From a virus (lineage: Duplodnaviria; Caudoviricetes): DNA of 64,000 nucleotides. The DNA lies in IMG/VR virus record IMGVR_UViG_3300035208_002115. One strand, 5' to 3'. The translations under genes and the position numbers were made by a program. Under the pieces are notes generated by a model. The model ran no database searches. It had not been told where the DNA came from and saw nothing but the letters and a program-made list of their open reading frames with translations. Positions 29,181-41,234 of the stretch are shown here, piece by piece (the stretch's first letter is position 1; each line of letters opens with the position of its first letter).

Positions 29181-30778
29181 TTAATCCATCATTGCTTTAA
29201 TTATTTTTATCATTCTTTCTTCGTTTTGTTTGAAATTTAAGTAATTTTTTTTGATAATATAGAATTCTGGGTTTTCTCTTTTAATTATTTGAATATATGA
29301 TTCAATTTTAGATATGTAACTTAATATAAATTCTGGTTTGGTATCCATAAATATAGTAAGTTCTATTTTATCAGTTCCTCTAATCAAATTTGGTGAAATT
29401 TTATAATTGGGGTCTTTATTTATTTCTTTATTAAAATCAATTCTGTTACTATCACACCATTCTTCTTTATATGAAAATGGGGTATATATATCAACAAATT
29501 CTCTATCAAGTTTTTTTAATTGCTCTAATATATATTCTGGTGTAACAGGATTAGTCATATCAATTTATTTAATCCAAATTTAATTCTTTTAATTTAAAAT
29601 ATCTCAGAATTACATTACCATCTAAAATAACTTTTTTATCTTTAGCATTAATAAATCTTAACTGCGCTATATCTTGTTCTATTAGTTTATACCACCGTTT
29701 ATCTATTGGGCGCATGAATATGTGAAAATAAAAATCAAATTGTGCCACATCATCAATACAATATTTTGTTTCTTGAATCGGGTCATCATCATTCCAATAA
29801 TACATATCCATTTCATACAATAAGATATATTCTAAATCATATATTGGAAACCCCTTTTTGACATAGATAAATGTTTCTTTTGGGTCGAGCATTAAAAAAT
29901 CTTCGGTTAATTCTTTTATCATTTAATAATCATTTTTCCATATGGTATTTTTTCCAAGTTTTTTTGCAACGGCTTGTGCAACACTATTTATTGAACAACC
30001 TAAAAAATCTTTCCATTGGGTTTTAGGATTCATAATACAAGAATTTCCTCCAGAGGTTAAATATATCACATCACCAGAATAATCCACTTGGAAATAATCC
30101 AGAAAATCTTTACACCTTATCAATTCAATATCAGTCATACTTCCAATATAGTTTTTAATTTTATAAGTCGAGAAATCTTTTTAGCATCATATACAGTTAA
30201 ATAAACATTAGCACCTATTAAATTATCAATTTTTCTCACTTCCAGTGTTTTATATTCACCCATAGGATGTAAAGATAATAATAAAATATTATTATTTGAT
30301 ACCATATTTTTATCAAAATATTCAGGTACAAATTGAAAATTATTCATCAAATACTCTACATATGGGTAAATTAAATCACCATTTGGTATATTAATCAAAA
30401 CATCAGCGATGTCTAATCTCCCCATTGTGAATTCTTTAGGACACTCCATCATTTAAGTATATTTGATATTTTAAGCATTCTGGTAATTTGAATATCATCT
30501 AAAACAGTAAAAGTACCCAAAATGTTAGCTATTTCAACTCTTTTTTTAATCTCTATGACTTTTTTCTCTGAAAGAGGATTGAAGCGTAATATCAAAATAT
30601 TACCATCTGAAATTATATAATTAGTTAAACTATCCCTAAATGTAGAAGCTAAATACATAAAATCATATCTTTCCACAAAAATGTCTATATATGGTTTTAT
30701 TTCATTACCATCCTGTAATGATATAACCGTAGTTGTATTCATTAAATAATTTTCTGTGAATTGCTCTGGATAATACAT
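29181..30778 (-). CDS. Five small hypothetical genes, four with the C-terminal RxxK[LI] tag (29181, 29569, 30135, 30449)
   Basis: End RMIKIIKAM, RYFKLKEL, RLIKLKTIL, RMLKISNIL. Confidence 0.7.
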
Positions 30779-30799
30779 AATAAATTTAAAAATATTATA

Positions 30800-31312
30800 T
30801 TATTTTTTCATATACCAATTCGGGTCTGGTAAATATTTTTTCTTTTCATAATTTTTAAACAATCTATATAATTGTTTCCAATCACGTTCAGGTTTGAAAC
30901 CAGCCTTATCTTCAAACATCACATTAAAATAAAATTTCTTCTCATAGTATCCGAAGAACCCCTTAGTTGAATCTATCTCAGGATTTTCGTTGATATAATC
31001 AAAAAGTATATTATTAGAAATAAAAATATTATTATAGAATTCTATTTCTTTAGGATATGAAGATGTAGTCATAATTAATTTTACATCATCCCGTGCAGAT
31101 AATATCTGTAATGTCTCCTTGGCATGTGGGTAGAAAATAGCTTCTAAATAATCTTTTCGATGATTTGGTAATAATATAGTACCATGTACATCTATGGCAA
31201 AGTATGTCTCGTACCATTCTTTTTTGAAAGAATGTTCGAACATTTTTTCAACCCACTGTACTATATCTGATTTTCTGTACCAAAACATTTTCTTAAATCT
31301 AATGGGTAACAC
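30800..31312 (-). CDS. HAD-superfamily hydrolase-like protein
   Basis: AIDVHGTI, TSS, INENP, FEDKAGF. Confidence 0.7.
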   Translation of the reverse strand: MLPIRFKKMFWYRKSDIVQWVEKMFEHSFKKEWYETYFAIDVHGTILLPNHRKDYLEAIFYPHAKETLQILSARDDVKLIMTTSSYPKEIEFYNNIFISNNILFDYINENPEIDSTKGFFGYYEKKFYFNVMFEDKAGFKPERDWKQLYRLFKNYEKKKYLPDPNWYMKK

Positions 31313-32034
31313 ATATCGATATCCAATAATATAAATCTTGTTCCATCTATTTCTGAGAAATTATACTGATGAAAATGTCCATAGAACCAGTATTTTATAT
31401 CATTGTTTACTTTTAATTTGTCGTATATTTGTGTTAATTTATTTCTATTTATAATGGTATCATTTTTAACATCTGGGTCGCTTTTAATCCATTTTTCTAC
31501 ACCTGAGTAATTTTCTGGATAACAAAAATCAGGTGAATCATGTGTTACAACAATATCAATGTTCCTTAAAAAATTTAATTTATCTTCATTCACATCTACA
31601 ACTTCATCAACCCAATAATCTTTACCTTCTTTTCTTCCTTTCCAAGATTTTCTTGTAACCAAATCACGCATTTCTGGATTCGGAAGCCTATCCACACTGA
31701 TAGCACCACCAATACCTAAAATGTTTATACCATTAACTTCAATTACGGTATAATCTGGTAAACATTCAATATTACTTACTTTAAAATTTTTCTTATAAAA
31801 GTCGGGATTATCATGGTTACCTCGGATAGAAATCAATTTATTATTTTTACTTTTAAATGTCGTATTATAATAATTAAATTTCTTACGTTCTTCTCTCTCA
31901 GTACCAAAACCAACACCAAAATCACCACATAAATAAAATAATGAATTTTCTATTTCATATTCTTTTATATACCTTAATAGGGGTTTAAAATTTTCATGAA
32001 TATCCCCAACAAATATGATATTATCGTATGTCAT
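31261..32034 (-). CDS. Calcineurin-like metallophosphoesterase
   Basis: GDIH, GDFG, RGNHD, THD, GHFH motifs. Confidence 0.92.
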   Translation of the reverse strand: MTYDNIIFVGDIHENFKPLLRYIKEYEIENSLFYLCGDFGVGFGTEREERKKFNYYNTTFKSKNNKLISIRGNHDNPDFYKKNFKVSNIECLPDYTVIEVNGINILGIGGAISVDRLPNPEMRDLVTRKSWKGRKEGKDYWVDEVVDVNEDKLNFLRNIDIVVTHDSPDFCYPENYSGVEKWIKSDPDVKNDTIINRNKLTQIYDKLKVNNDIKYWFYGHFHQYNFSEIDGTRFILLDIDMCYPLDLRKCFGTENQI

Positions 32035-32404
32035 CGAATAAAGATATTATTTTTGTTTTTCTTTTTTTAGAAATTATATAATTTTTCAACTCTATTGGTT
32101 CTTTCATATCGGCCTTGGTAATAAATCCCAAAGTATTTCTACTGTATTTACCATATAATTGTTCTGTGAAATGATTCGAAACCATTATTTGGTATTGGGT
32201 ATTATCTGCTAAATAATCATAGAACATTTGGTCAATTATTATTTCAGCATTTGTATTAAGATTTAATATAAACTCTATATAATCAACCCAATCCATAATT
32301 ATATCCCCAGATTTAAAATGGTGTATTTTATTTCGATACTTTACAAATAAATAACAATATTCACCTTTTTTGAGATGAATATATAAAGTATTATTATTAT
32401 GCAT
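32021..32404 (-). CDS. Tagged hypothetical protein (ends RKTKIISLFDD)
   Basis: ORF track. Confidence 0.6.
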   Translation of the reverse strand: MHNNNTLYIHLKKGEYCYLFVKYRNKIHHFKSGDIIMDWVDYIEFILNLNTNAEIIIDQMFYDYLADNTQYQIMVSNHFTEQLYGKYSRNTLGFITKADMKEPIELKNYIISKKRKTKIISLFDDIR

Positions 32405-32412
32405 ATAATTTT

Positions 32413-32709
32413 TTAATCGACAGTTTCGATGGTAGCTTCTATTTTTCGTTCATTGAGACCACGTTTCATAGGTAACAATAAATCCAAATCCCCTACTTTA
32501 GCCTCTGTTTTACCTTTGTGGTGTGCAAGCAAAGCAACTTGTTCAGCCTGTTCTGGTGTGTGGTCACATATGTCACATAATGATTTTACAATCCAGTCGA
32601 AGCTATTAACATCGTCATTATGAAGAATCAACCTGTGTGATTTAACAGTCTCATTCTTAATCTCATTAAGAACTTGCTCAATTGTTTTTGTATTTTCGTT
32701 TCGTATCAT
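32413..32709 (-). CDS. clpS: ATP-dependent Clp protease adaptor ClpS
   Basis: LILHNDDVNSFDWIV...AEQVALLAHHKGK; TATATTTG promoter at 32743-32750. Confidence 0.9.
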   Translation of the reverse strand: MIRNENTKTIEQVLNEIKNETVKSHRLILHNDDVNSFDWIVKSLCDICDHTPEQAEQVALLAHHKGKTEAKVGDLDLLLPMKRGLNERKIEATIETVD

Positions 32710-32808
32710 ATGTTTATATTTTTCGTTTTATAAATTCAACTACAAATATATATTTTAAATAAATTAAAAAAAAATTACAAGGGTTAATATTTTATATTTA
32801 AAAAGTCT

Positions 32809-35662
32809 TTACATCCCGACATTGATATCGTTCCAAATATCTTTAATTTTTTCTTTCCTGAGATAAGGAATAAATTCTTTTTTTGTGACTTTTTCTACAT
32901 CACACTTATAATAAATAGTATTAGTGTTGGAATTAGATTCACCGAATATGACATTTTTATATAAATATATGTATTCTTGTCCTCTAACTGTATGATAAAA
33001 AGATTTATATGGGTTTGTTAATTGATAAAATTTGATAAGAGTATAATTATCGTCAAATTTAATTGTTATACCATTTGGACTTTGTGAAATATTATACGCT
33101 AAAGAAACTGTTAATGCCATTAAATCAATCATCTAATATAGTTTTTATTTTAAATAATCTTTCAATTATATTTGATTCTGTTGCATAAACTCTAATATCA
33201 CTCATGTATATGGTATCTGGTGAAATATATTTTAATTTTGCTGATACTTCATAATAAGTTCTAATTTTAAAATTTAATGATGAATATTTAGTTGAATAAA
33301 AATATAATTTATTTTCCATATCAATAAAAGATGACATATCATCAGATTTTTCACCTGAAAATAAACACATCAAATATATTTTATTCCTTTTTTTCATAAA
33401 AAAAAAACACTCCCCATACACAAAGATATGAAAAGTGTGTTAATCATCACTTAAATAAAATGTTTATTTATCCTTGAAAATTTCTTTTAATTCATTCCAT
33501 GAATATTGTACAAATTTTTCTCTTATGAATTTGAATTTTTGTTCGTCTTCAAGATTTTCAACAGGTAAACACCATTGACTTTCACCACATTCACATCTAT
33601 ACGCCATAATTTAACTTTTTAGTGTTTCAATTAATTTAGAAATTTCTTCCTCACCATCAATAATCTTTTCTGTGTATTCACCTCGGTCAAGTATCACTCT
33701 CGGATTTGGTGTTCCTTCATTTATATAAGTGATGGATTTCAAACCATTTCTGAGTAAATCTTCTTTTGTTATATCAAGAGGATATTTTTTCATAGTTTAC
33801 GAATTAATATTTTCAACTGCTTCGGTTAAAGCTAAATCAAAAGATTCTTTATTTTCAACTTTAACCTGTCTGGGACAACTGATATGGTTCTGTAAATCAG
33901 TTTTGTTAACTATATTAACAAACCAAGTTGCATCTGTTATTGATTGACCAGCTTCAAATACAAACCAATCATCGGGCATTTTTGTGTTTTGTGGTTTCAT
34001 ATAAAATGTTTATTAAAATTTAAAAGAATTATTATTAGTAGTTTTTTTCTTACCTGAAAGTTTCACTTCAGCTTTTTGAAGCAATTTAACCTTTTCCGAA
34101 TATTCTTTCTTTTCAGATTTAACATCATTTAAATAAAGAAATTCAGTTATAGTCTCATTATTTTCATTGTTATAGCTGACTGCTATACATGGATATTTAA
34201 GCGGTTTCCCATATTTTCTCAGAATAATATCCTTATATTCTTTATGAATTTTAGCTTTAGGTGTCGAATTATCAGTCAAAATATTATTATCTTTAACCAT
34301 ATAGTTGATATATTCAACTTCGTCTGCGACAATCTGGCCTAATTCAAGTGCTAAAATGACATTTAACTTCATGGAAATTATATTTTTTATCTTATATTCT
34401 AAAAAATATATTTAGTTTTAAATTATTTACTTAAATATTTTATTCAGCTTTACTTTTCTGAAATATTGTGAAGTTTGGGGAGATTTGAGCATGTATATAT
34501 AAGCATCTTCTCCGTCAACTTTACTAACAGTATATAGACTATTAAAATCTTTGACAATATAAACAATCATATTATGATATATAGCAGTTTTAATTGTATA
34601 AATTAATTCACTAACTGGTATGTTTATAGCTTGACATGATTTATAAATAGTTTTATCTATATTCAATGAAAATGATTTTGTATCGAAACAATCATTTATA
34701 TTCATAAAAAAGGAAACAGTATCGACAAAGAATATGAAAGGCTCATATGTTTCGCCAATATTATTTATTTTATTTATTTCGAACATCGTCAAATATAGTT
34801 TCTATTTTAATTTTTCGGATATATCTTTCTGTTGATTTATTTTTTAATGATGAAACACTAAATGAACACCTTCTCACATCATTACAATCTAAATTATCAT
34901 CTTGGTGTAAAACCACATTATATGAATCTTGTAAAAGATATACTATTTTATTTTCCTTTACTAAATTCTTAATCATATTATAAAAAACATATACATTTCT
35001 TACAGTATGACTAAATGTGAAATCTTTTCTATAATCGTGATTATCATAAAAATATAGTATATCAATATTATGGTCATTAGAAACGGATGTATCATAAATA
35101 ATATCTGATACATCATTCACATTTCTATAAAAACATTCATTTTCAACAATAAAAACGAATGGGTGGTATCTTTTATCAATATTATTGAAAAAATCATATG
35201 TAGTTATTAAACTCATCTTAAAATCTCTCTAAGTTTAGCTCTACGAATTAGATTTTTATCAGTTTCAAGTGATAAATATATAGTTGCCTTTTTTCTTTTA
35301 AAATCATAATCAATACAGATGTTATTATCCTTTTTTAAAATATAAACAAAATAACCCTTATTTATGAACTTACGTATAAAATATACTAAATTATGTATAT
35401 TGGTATAATAATCAAGCTCGTATTTTTCCCAAAATTCATTATATTTAAAATAAGACCCAGAAGTTAGATACGTTCGACCACTATACACCGACATACCAGT
35501 GGAACGATGTTTTAACATAACTATTTTATATCTTGATGTAATTGATTTGCGTGGTTGAAGTGTATCAATGGTGTAAGGAATATCAATAGATTTTGTTATT
35601 TTTACACAATTAGAATATTCTTTCCCGATTGTTTGTAAAAACTTATCAATTTTAATATTCAT
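32809..35662 (-). CDS. Run of small hypothetical genes; 32809, 33125, 34427, 34770 and 35213 carry the C-terminal tag
   Basis: End RKEKIKDIW, RLFKIKTIL, RKVKLNKIF, RKIKIETIF, RRAKLREIL. Confidence 0.7.
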
Positions 35663-35704
35663 TATCGTTTTCTTAGATAAACTACGAAATTAACACCACT
35701 TTTT

Positions 35705-36055
35705 TTAATGCATTAAGGGGACTTCTCTTAAAGTGTTAGTTAATTTAATAACCTCATCTTCCTTCTCCTTTGTAGGTATAAAAATAAATTTACAGTTTTC
35801 ACACTCATCATCATATTTATAAATTGTCATAACATCATATATATGATTCTTGGCTTCTTCTGCTACCATGTTTCCCACATTAATAATAACACAATATAAA
35901 TTATCTGTTGTGTCTAATTTATTTAATATGTGAATTTCTTTATCATCAGAAAAATCAAAAACACAATTCATATCAGAATAAAGAGAATTTAGATGCTCTA
36001 AAACAGATATTCTTCTTTTTTTATCTGGGACTAATATTTTTATTTTCTGTTCCAT
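35705..36055 (-). CDS. Hypothetical protein containing a T4-portal-like segment (IINVGNM..EEA....DVM..YK)
   Basis: Resembles the recalled gp20 motif FYIDVGNMPxxKAEQYLxDVMxRYKN. Confidence 0.55.
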   Translation of the reverse strand: MEQKIKILVPDKKRRISVLEHLNSLYSDMNCVFDFSDDKEIHILNKLDTTDNLYCVIINVGNMVAEEAKNHIYDVMTIYKYDDECENCKFIFIPTKEKEDEVIKLTNTLREVPLMH

Positions 36056-36273
36056 TTTTATTAAGTATATATTTTATAACCACTAATATCATAAGCTGTC
36101 ATACCTGCGAATATTACACCATCCTCATATTCAATTATGTCTTCATCAGCATGGCATCTTGCAGTTTTTTGCCAATCAGTAAAAGTCAATCCAAACATTT
36201 CTTTGAATTTAATATCAAATTCTACATCTGATTCAGTTTGTTCTAATACTAATAATCTGTTCTTCATTAATTA

Positions 36274-37278
36274 TTATAATTTCAATTTTTTATACTCATC
36301 AAAATATAAATTTATATCTCGTTTAATATGTTCAGCGTTCGTTTCAAAAACATATTTTTCGAAATCTAAATATTCGTAATTTTCTTTTACAAAAATTCTG
36401 AAAGACTGAATAAATGAAACTAATTCTTTTTCTTTTAATCCAGTTAATAGCATTACAATACTCCCATTAAATTTGTCTTTATTCACTTGAATTATATATT
36501 CTTTTTCTTTGATATTTTTTATTTTATTTAAAATATCAACCTCAGTGAAATATTCACCAATAGTTTTGTAAACATAATCCTTATCTAAGAAAAAATTAAT
36601 AGTGTGGTTATGCTGATATTCTTTATCTTTTGAGTATTCAATTATTTCATCATAAATACCACTTCTCTTATTCGACTTTTGTGAAACTGATTCATATATT
36701 TTTGGAATAAAATATTTTGAAGTTATAACTAAATCAAATATATCATTTTTAGTTTCAAACCCCAGTTCAAATTTCTCATAATCCAAACCTACAAATTCTA
36801 ATACTTGTTTGAAATCTAATGATAATAAAATTGTTCCAATATTTCTAAAATGATTATTTATAACAGTATCATATTCGAAATAAAGACCATCCCACCCATA
36901 CTTAATGTTAAATTTTCTATACATTCTACCAAGTAAGATAGATAAATCTACCCAAGAATAATAGTACTTGGTTGTTTCATAATAATTGGGTTTAGTTGTA
37001 ATAAAATCTATTTGATTGTCTTTATAACAAATAGAATGAATATTAGAATTCTGTTTATACTGAGTTTTATTAAACCTGAAAATGTCAATAATATTTTCCC
37101 TACCAAATGGTTTAGGTATAATAATATCCAAATCCCCGAAAGTCTGTTTATCCTTATAATAATAGGGAATGAAAAAATCGACATTGTTTGTTTTTAATAA
37201 TTCAACAACATGATTTTTATATTCTTCGAATTCATGTCTACCAATACGTTTTGTATTGAAAAGATTTCCAGTTGACAT
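36274..37278 (-). CDS. Pol-beta-superfamily nucleotidyltransferase
   Basis: KQTFGDLDII, QIDFI, LLGR...KYGWDGL. Confidence 0.7.
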   Translation of the reverse strand: MSTGNLFNTKRIGRHEFEEYKNHVVELLKTNNVDFFIPYYYKDKQTFGDLDIIIPKPFGRENIIDIFRFNKTQYKQNSNIHSICYKDNQIDFITTKPNYYETTKYYYSWVDLSILLGRMYRKFNIKYGWDGLYFEYDTVINNHFRNIGTILLSLDFKQVLEFVGLDYEKFELGFETKNDIFDLVITSKYFIPKIYESVSQKSNKRSGIYDEIIEYSKDKEYQHNHTINFFLDKDYVYKTIGEYFTEVDILNKIKNIKEKEYIIQVNKDKFNGSIVMLLTGLKEKELVSFIQSFRIFVKENYEYLDFEKYVFETNAEHIKRDINLYFDEYKKLKL

Positions 37279-37281
37279 TTT

Positions 37282-37815
37282 TTATTTTTTATCAAAGTTA
37301 TTCAAAAATTTCTTTTCTTCATCATTTAATGACTCATATCCTCTATTTTTTACTTTATCCAATATTTCATCTAAAAAAACTTGTGGTGATTTTTTAGTTT
37401 TTTTAACTTTAACCTGACCACTATTTTCAACAAATTCTAATAACTCATCAATATTATTCATTGTTAAAGCTTGATTATTATATTTTTTTGAATAATCCTC
37501 TGGTGTACCTTTATAAATTTTTAAAATTATATAAGATAACAATTTTTCAACAATATATTTATTATCAATTAATATTTTACTTACATTTTCAATGTATGTT
37601 GCTCGTTCTTTATTTTCAGCTTTAAGTACCAGATAATTGTCCAGATAAGTTTTAGCTTCTGATATTACTTTTTCCTTTTCTTCTATTATAATTTTATTTT
37701 CATTCAATTTAATTTGACTTTTTAATAAAAGACTAAATGTAATTTTATATTTCAAAAGATAATAAAGAAAAAATATTACCAGCGAACCAGTTATTATATA
37801 ATACCAACTTGTCAT
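37282..37815 (-). CDS. Membrane-anchored protein with a C-terminal DUF6576-like domain
   Basis: N-terminal TM; LDEILDKV...GYESLNDEEKKFL. Confidence 0.7.
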   Translation of the reverse strand: MTSWYYIITGSLVIFFLYYLLKYKITFSLLLKSQIKLNENKIIIEEKEKVISEAKTYLDNYLVLKAENKERATYIENVSKILIDNKYIVEKLLSYIILKIYKGTPEDYSKKYNNQALTMNNIDELLEFVENSGQVKVKKTKKSPQVFLDEILDKVKNRGYESLNDEEKKFLNNFDKK

Positions 37816-38189
37816 TATAAATTTATTAATTTATCAATATTTTCGTCAACATTAGTTTTTAACAAATCTAAGGCCAAATAAATTTCATCTACTTTTTCAT
37901 TTACCGAATTTTTAATTTTTTCAGTAGCCTTTCGTTGTACAACCTCATCAAATTGTTTCTGCATTTCTGATAAAGCTTCAAACGGATTCACGACAATTCC
38001 ATTTATGATAATCTGTATTGTGTGTGTACCATCTAATTCACCAGCTTCATCCCGAACTCCTTCTTCAGTTATTTTGTTAATAAATTCTTCTTGTGTTTGA
38101 TTGTCTGGGTTCTTAGAAATAGTTGTTAAAAAAAACCATCTAAAAAAATCATCCATTTGTTCTAAATCAAAGGTATGTTTTTCTTCCAT
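37815..38189 (-). CDS. Hypothetical protein
   Basis: ORF track. Confidence 0.6.
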   Translation of the reverse strand: MEEKHTFDLEQMDDFFRWFFLTTISKNPDNQTQEEFINKITEEGVRDEAGELDGTHTIQIIINGIVVNPFEALSEMQKQFDEVVQRKATEKIKNSVNEKVDEIYLALDLLKTNVDENIDKLINL

Positions 38190-38237
38190 AAAAATAAATT
38201 ATTTTTTAATTATATGTATAAAAAATACTTTTGTTTT

Positions 38238-38612
38238 TTATTCTTGGAATATTTCTTCTAATTTTTTAATAAGGATATTACTAATGATTGGTTTTCTTAT
38301 ATAATATTTAATTGGAAATAATTCATCATTAAAATTTGGAATTTCATATCTTTCGAGAGCTGTTAATGCGACAATTTTTAAATCTGGTTTAGCAGTTTTA
38401 ATAGCATATGCAGCTTCAACACCATCCATTTCGGGCATCATAATATCCATTAATACTATATCATATTCGTTTTCGAGTGTTTTCTTCACACCATCTGACC
38501 CGTTATTAGCTAAATCAACTTGATACTTAGTATCATCTTTAAGTATCATTTTAATTAAGTTTTGTAATGTTCTATCATCCTCAATATATAATAATTTCAA
38601 TGGATTAATCAA
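38238..38612 (-). CDS. Stand-alone response-regulator receiver domain (CheY-like)
   Basis: IEDD, VLMDIMMPEMDG, ALTA, RKP. Confidence 0.92.
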   Translation of the reverse strand: MINPLKLLYIEDDRTLQNLIKMILKDDTKYQVDLANNGSDGVKKTLENEYDIVLMDIMMPEMDGVEAAYAIKTAKPDLKIVALTALERYEIPNFNDELFPIKYYIRKPIISNILIKKLEEIFQE

Positions 38613-38696
38613 AATGCTTTTTGTTTTTATATATTAAAAATATAATATATTTTGTTTTTAAAAAACAAAATTAATATATAAAAATAAAAATATTAA

Positions 38697-39530
38697 ATGG
38701 GGTTAAAATATTTACAAACTTTTGAACAACATATCTACAACGAAGGAAATATTAATGATAATTTTTGGAAATGGTTTGGTGATTCAAAAACCATAGAAAA
38801 TGGTAACCCTCAAATATTATTTCACGGAACAAAAGAAAAATTTAAATCATTTGATATAAAAAAAATAGGGTATGGTAGCCGAAATTATGGTCATTATGGA
38901 TATGGTTTTTATTTTTCAGATGATATTCGTGAAGCCCAAGTTTATGGTGATAATATTCTTAAATGTTATATCAAAATGGAAAACCCGTTTACTGCAACTG
39001 ACGATGAACTTTTACTATTAAAAAGAAATGGTGTGCGAAACATCCCAGATTTGGTTATTAAATCAATAGATTATGATTCACTATTTAAAGAGATAGAAAA
39101 AATTGATAAAAACGCATCAATATTAATGAATTATATTAAAAAATATAATCTTGAAATAGCTTGGGACAAATTTCATGAAGAAAAACGTGAAATTAAAGAC
39201 TATTATAACGATTTATCAAATTACACCGATGAATATACAACCTTAAATAAAAATTCGGATGGAGTACCTGATTACGTTTTTAAAGATTTATCTGATATTG
39301 GTGTTAACATAAAAAAACTAATTTATAATCAGGGTCTTGAACACCAAACTGCATTTCATTGGATAACTGATTTAGGAAATTATAGTCAAGAAGTCACTGA
39401 AGTTATTAAAAAACTGGGATATGACGGCATTATATATGGTTCAGAATATGTTGTTTTTAATTCTAACTATATCAAATCAGTAGATAATGATGGAACTTGG
39501 GATATAAATGACGATAACATATTTTCTTAA
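38697..39530 (+). CDS. ADP-ribosyltransferase-like (polyvalent-protein ART-type) protein with a capsid-targeting-like N-terminus
   Basis: FWKWFGDSK...PQILFHGT...GYGFYFS...GYDGI...EYVVF; N-terminus LKYLQTFEQH. Confidence 0.7.
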   Translation: MGLKYLQTFEQHIYNEGNINDNFWKWFGDSKTIENGNPQILFHGTKEKFKSFDIKKIGYGSRNYGHYGYGFYFSDDIREAQVYGDNILKCYIKMENPFTATDDELLLLKRNGVRNIPDLVIKSIDYDSLFKEIEKIDKNASILMNYIKKYNLEIAWDKFHEEKREIKDYYNDLSNYTDEYTTLNKNSDGVPDYVFKDLSDIGVNIKKLIYNQGLEHQTAFHWITDLGNYSQEVTEVIKKLGYDGIIYGSEYVVFNSNYIKSVDNDGTWDINDDNIFS

Positions 39531-39865
39531 TCTCTTAATAATTTATCAATTTGATATTTTTGTTCCAGCCTATCCACATATTTTTTAAGTATTAAACCAT
39601 GACAAAGTTTTGGGAGACACCAACAGCCACATGTCTTAAACATTAGTTCTGGGAGAGATTCCATTAATTCTTTACTGTTTAATAAATATTCTTCGAATTT
39701 TTCAACCGCTTCTTCTCTGGTGGCAACGATAAATTTAGCTAAACTTTTTGGGTCGTGAGAATATGGATTACCCCATTTAGATTCTTCACCAGTTTTTGGA
39801 CAGTTTCCACGACCAATATAAACATCATAATTTTTATTTTTCTTAATGTTTACGAGTTTACACAT
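39527..39865 (-). CDS. DUF4326-family protein
   Basis: DVYIGR..SKWGNPY...REEAVEKF...GCWCLPKLCHG. Confidence 0.85.
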   Translation of the reverse strand: MCKLVNIKKNKNYDVYIGRGNCPKTGEESKWGNPYSHDPKSLAKFIVATREEAVEKFEEYLLNSKELMESLPELMFKTCGCWCLPKLCHGLILKKYVDRLEQKYQIDKLLRD

Positions 39866-40106
39866 TCAATATATCTTTTAATTTTAATATTCTAATGTAT
39901 TCATTGTTTTTAAATCTATTAGCTAAAAATAAATCGCCATCAATTAATACATAATCCATGTTATTATGAACAAAACTATCATTAACTCTATATTTTTTAT
40001 ATAAAATGAGAGATTTCGCTAAATAGTTTTCACACTCAGTACTCCATGATATAACTTGGTTATATACACAAAATATAAAAACGCCTGAATTAATTTTACT
40101 ATTCAA
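39858..40106 (-). CDS. Tagged small protein (ends RILKLKDIL)
   Basis: ORF track. Confidence 0.6.
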   Translation of the reverse strand: MNSKINSGVFIFCVYNQVISWSTECENYLAKSLILYKKYRVNDSFVHNNMDYVLIDGDLFLANRFKNNEYIRILKLKDILNV

Positions 40107-40108
40107 AA

Positions 40109-41065
40109 TTATTTCACAGGTTTATAAGCTATTAATTTACCATCTTCCCCTATTGGTGTTAAATAGGTTTGGAAATAAGCCATTGGGTCTTTTAATTCAT
40201 CATTATATCTTATTTCATAATGTAAGTGGTCACCTGTACTAAGTCCAGTTGAACCGACATATCCTATAACTTGACCTTGGTTAACATATTGACCTTTTCT
40301 AACTTTCATGGATTTCATGTGAGCATATAATGTTTGATACCCATTACCATGATTTATAACGATTTTATTACCATAACCCAAATTAGAAGGTGTAACAATT
40401 TCAACAACTCCAGAAGCAGTAGCAACAATTTTACTACCACTTTTAGCTGATATATCTATTCCATCATGAAATATCACTCGTTTATAAAACGGGTGAAACC
40501 GTAACCCGAACGTTGAAGGGATGTACATTAAATCTTCAGTTCTTATAGGTTGTATTAAAGGAATTTTAGAAAAGGTTGATGTACCTTCTTGTTTCATTAT
40601 TTCTTTTAGTTCACCTTTAGAAACCATCATAGATGCTAATACTTTTGATGCATAAAAATATTTTTTATTCATTTCAGCTACTATTCCAGTATCATCTTTG
40701 TTAATAAATATCCCAACATCATACATATCTTCTCCATAATTTACAGAATCCACGTCTAATAATTCTCTATACATATTATTATCTTCAGCCACTAATAATA
40801 CTATTTGGTTCGAAAGTTCATTATAATTATTGTTTAATTTATTAAGTTTACTTTCCAAATAAATATTTTGAGACAACAAATAGGTTGATGTGTTAGTAAA
40901 TTTGACACCAGAAGAAATAACAGCGATAACAGCGATAATGCCAATGATAGACAAGACGTTTTTTATTGAAGTATATACGGATGAACTTATCTTTCCAAAT
41001 ATACTTTTTAAAAAATTGTTTGTTTTCATATAGTTTTCGTTTTTTTTAGTCCAATAAATATCCAA
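40109..41065 (-). CDS. M23-family metallopeptidase with N-terminal TM and coiled coil
   Basis: FGLRFHP, HDGID, GYGN, YAHM, STGDHLHYE. Confidence 0.92.
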   Translation of the reverse strand: MDIYWTKKNENYMKTNNFLKSIFGKISSSVYTSIKNVLSIIGIIAVIAVISSGVKFTNTSTYLLSQNIYLESKLNKLNNNYNELSNQIVLLVAEDNNMYRELLDVDSVNYGEDMYDVGIFINKDDTGIVAEMNKKYFYASKVLASMMVSKGELKEIMKQEGTSTFSKIPLIQPIRTEDLMYIPSTFGLRFHPFYKRVIFHDGIDISAKSGSKIVATASGVVEIVTPSNLGYGNKIVINHGNGYQTLYAHMKSMKVRKGQYVNQGQVIGYVGSTGLSTGDHLHYEIRYNDELKDPMAYFQTYLTPIGEDGKLIAYKPVK

Positions 41066-41234
41066 TCATTTTTTAAAATGATAGTACATATCAATATTTA
41101 TTAGTACAAATTAATATAAAAAAATATTAAAATCACAACTCTTTTTGAGTAACAGTGCTTTTTTATAAACGTATCTGAGATACTTAGGTATTAATTTTTA
41201 TTATAAGGTATATATTTATATGTTAAAAGTCATT

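Noticed and set aside
38238-38280. KKLEEIFQE at the end of the receiver domain as another tag copy
   Set aside because: It lacks the Arg and corresponds to the normal helix 5 of receiver domains.
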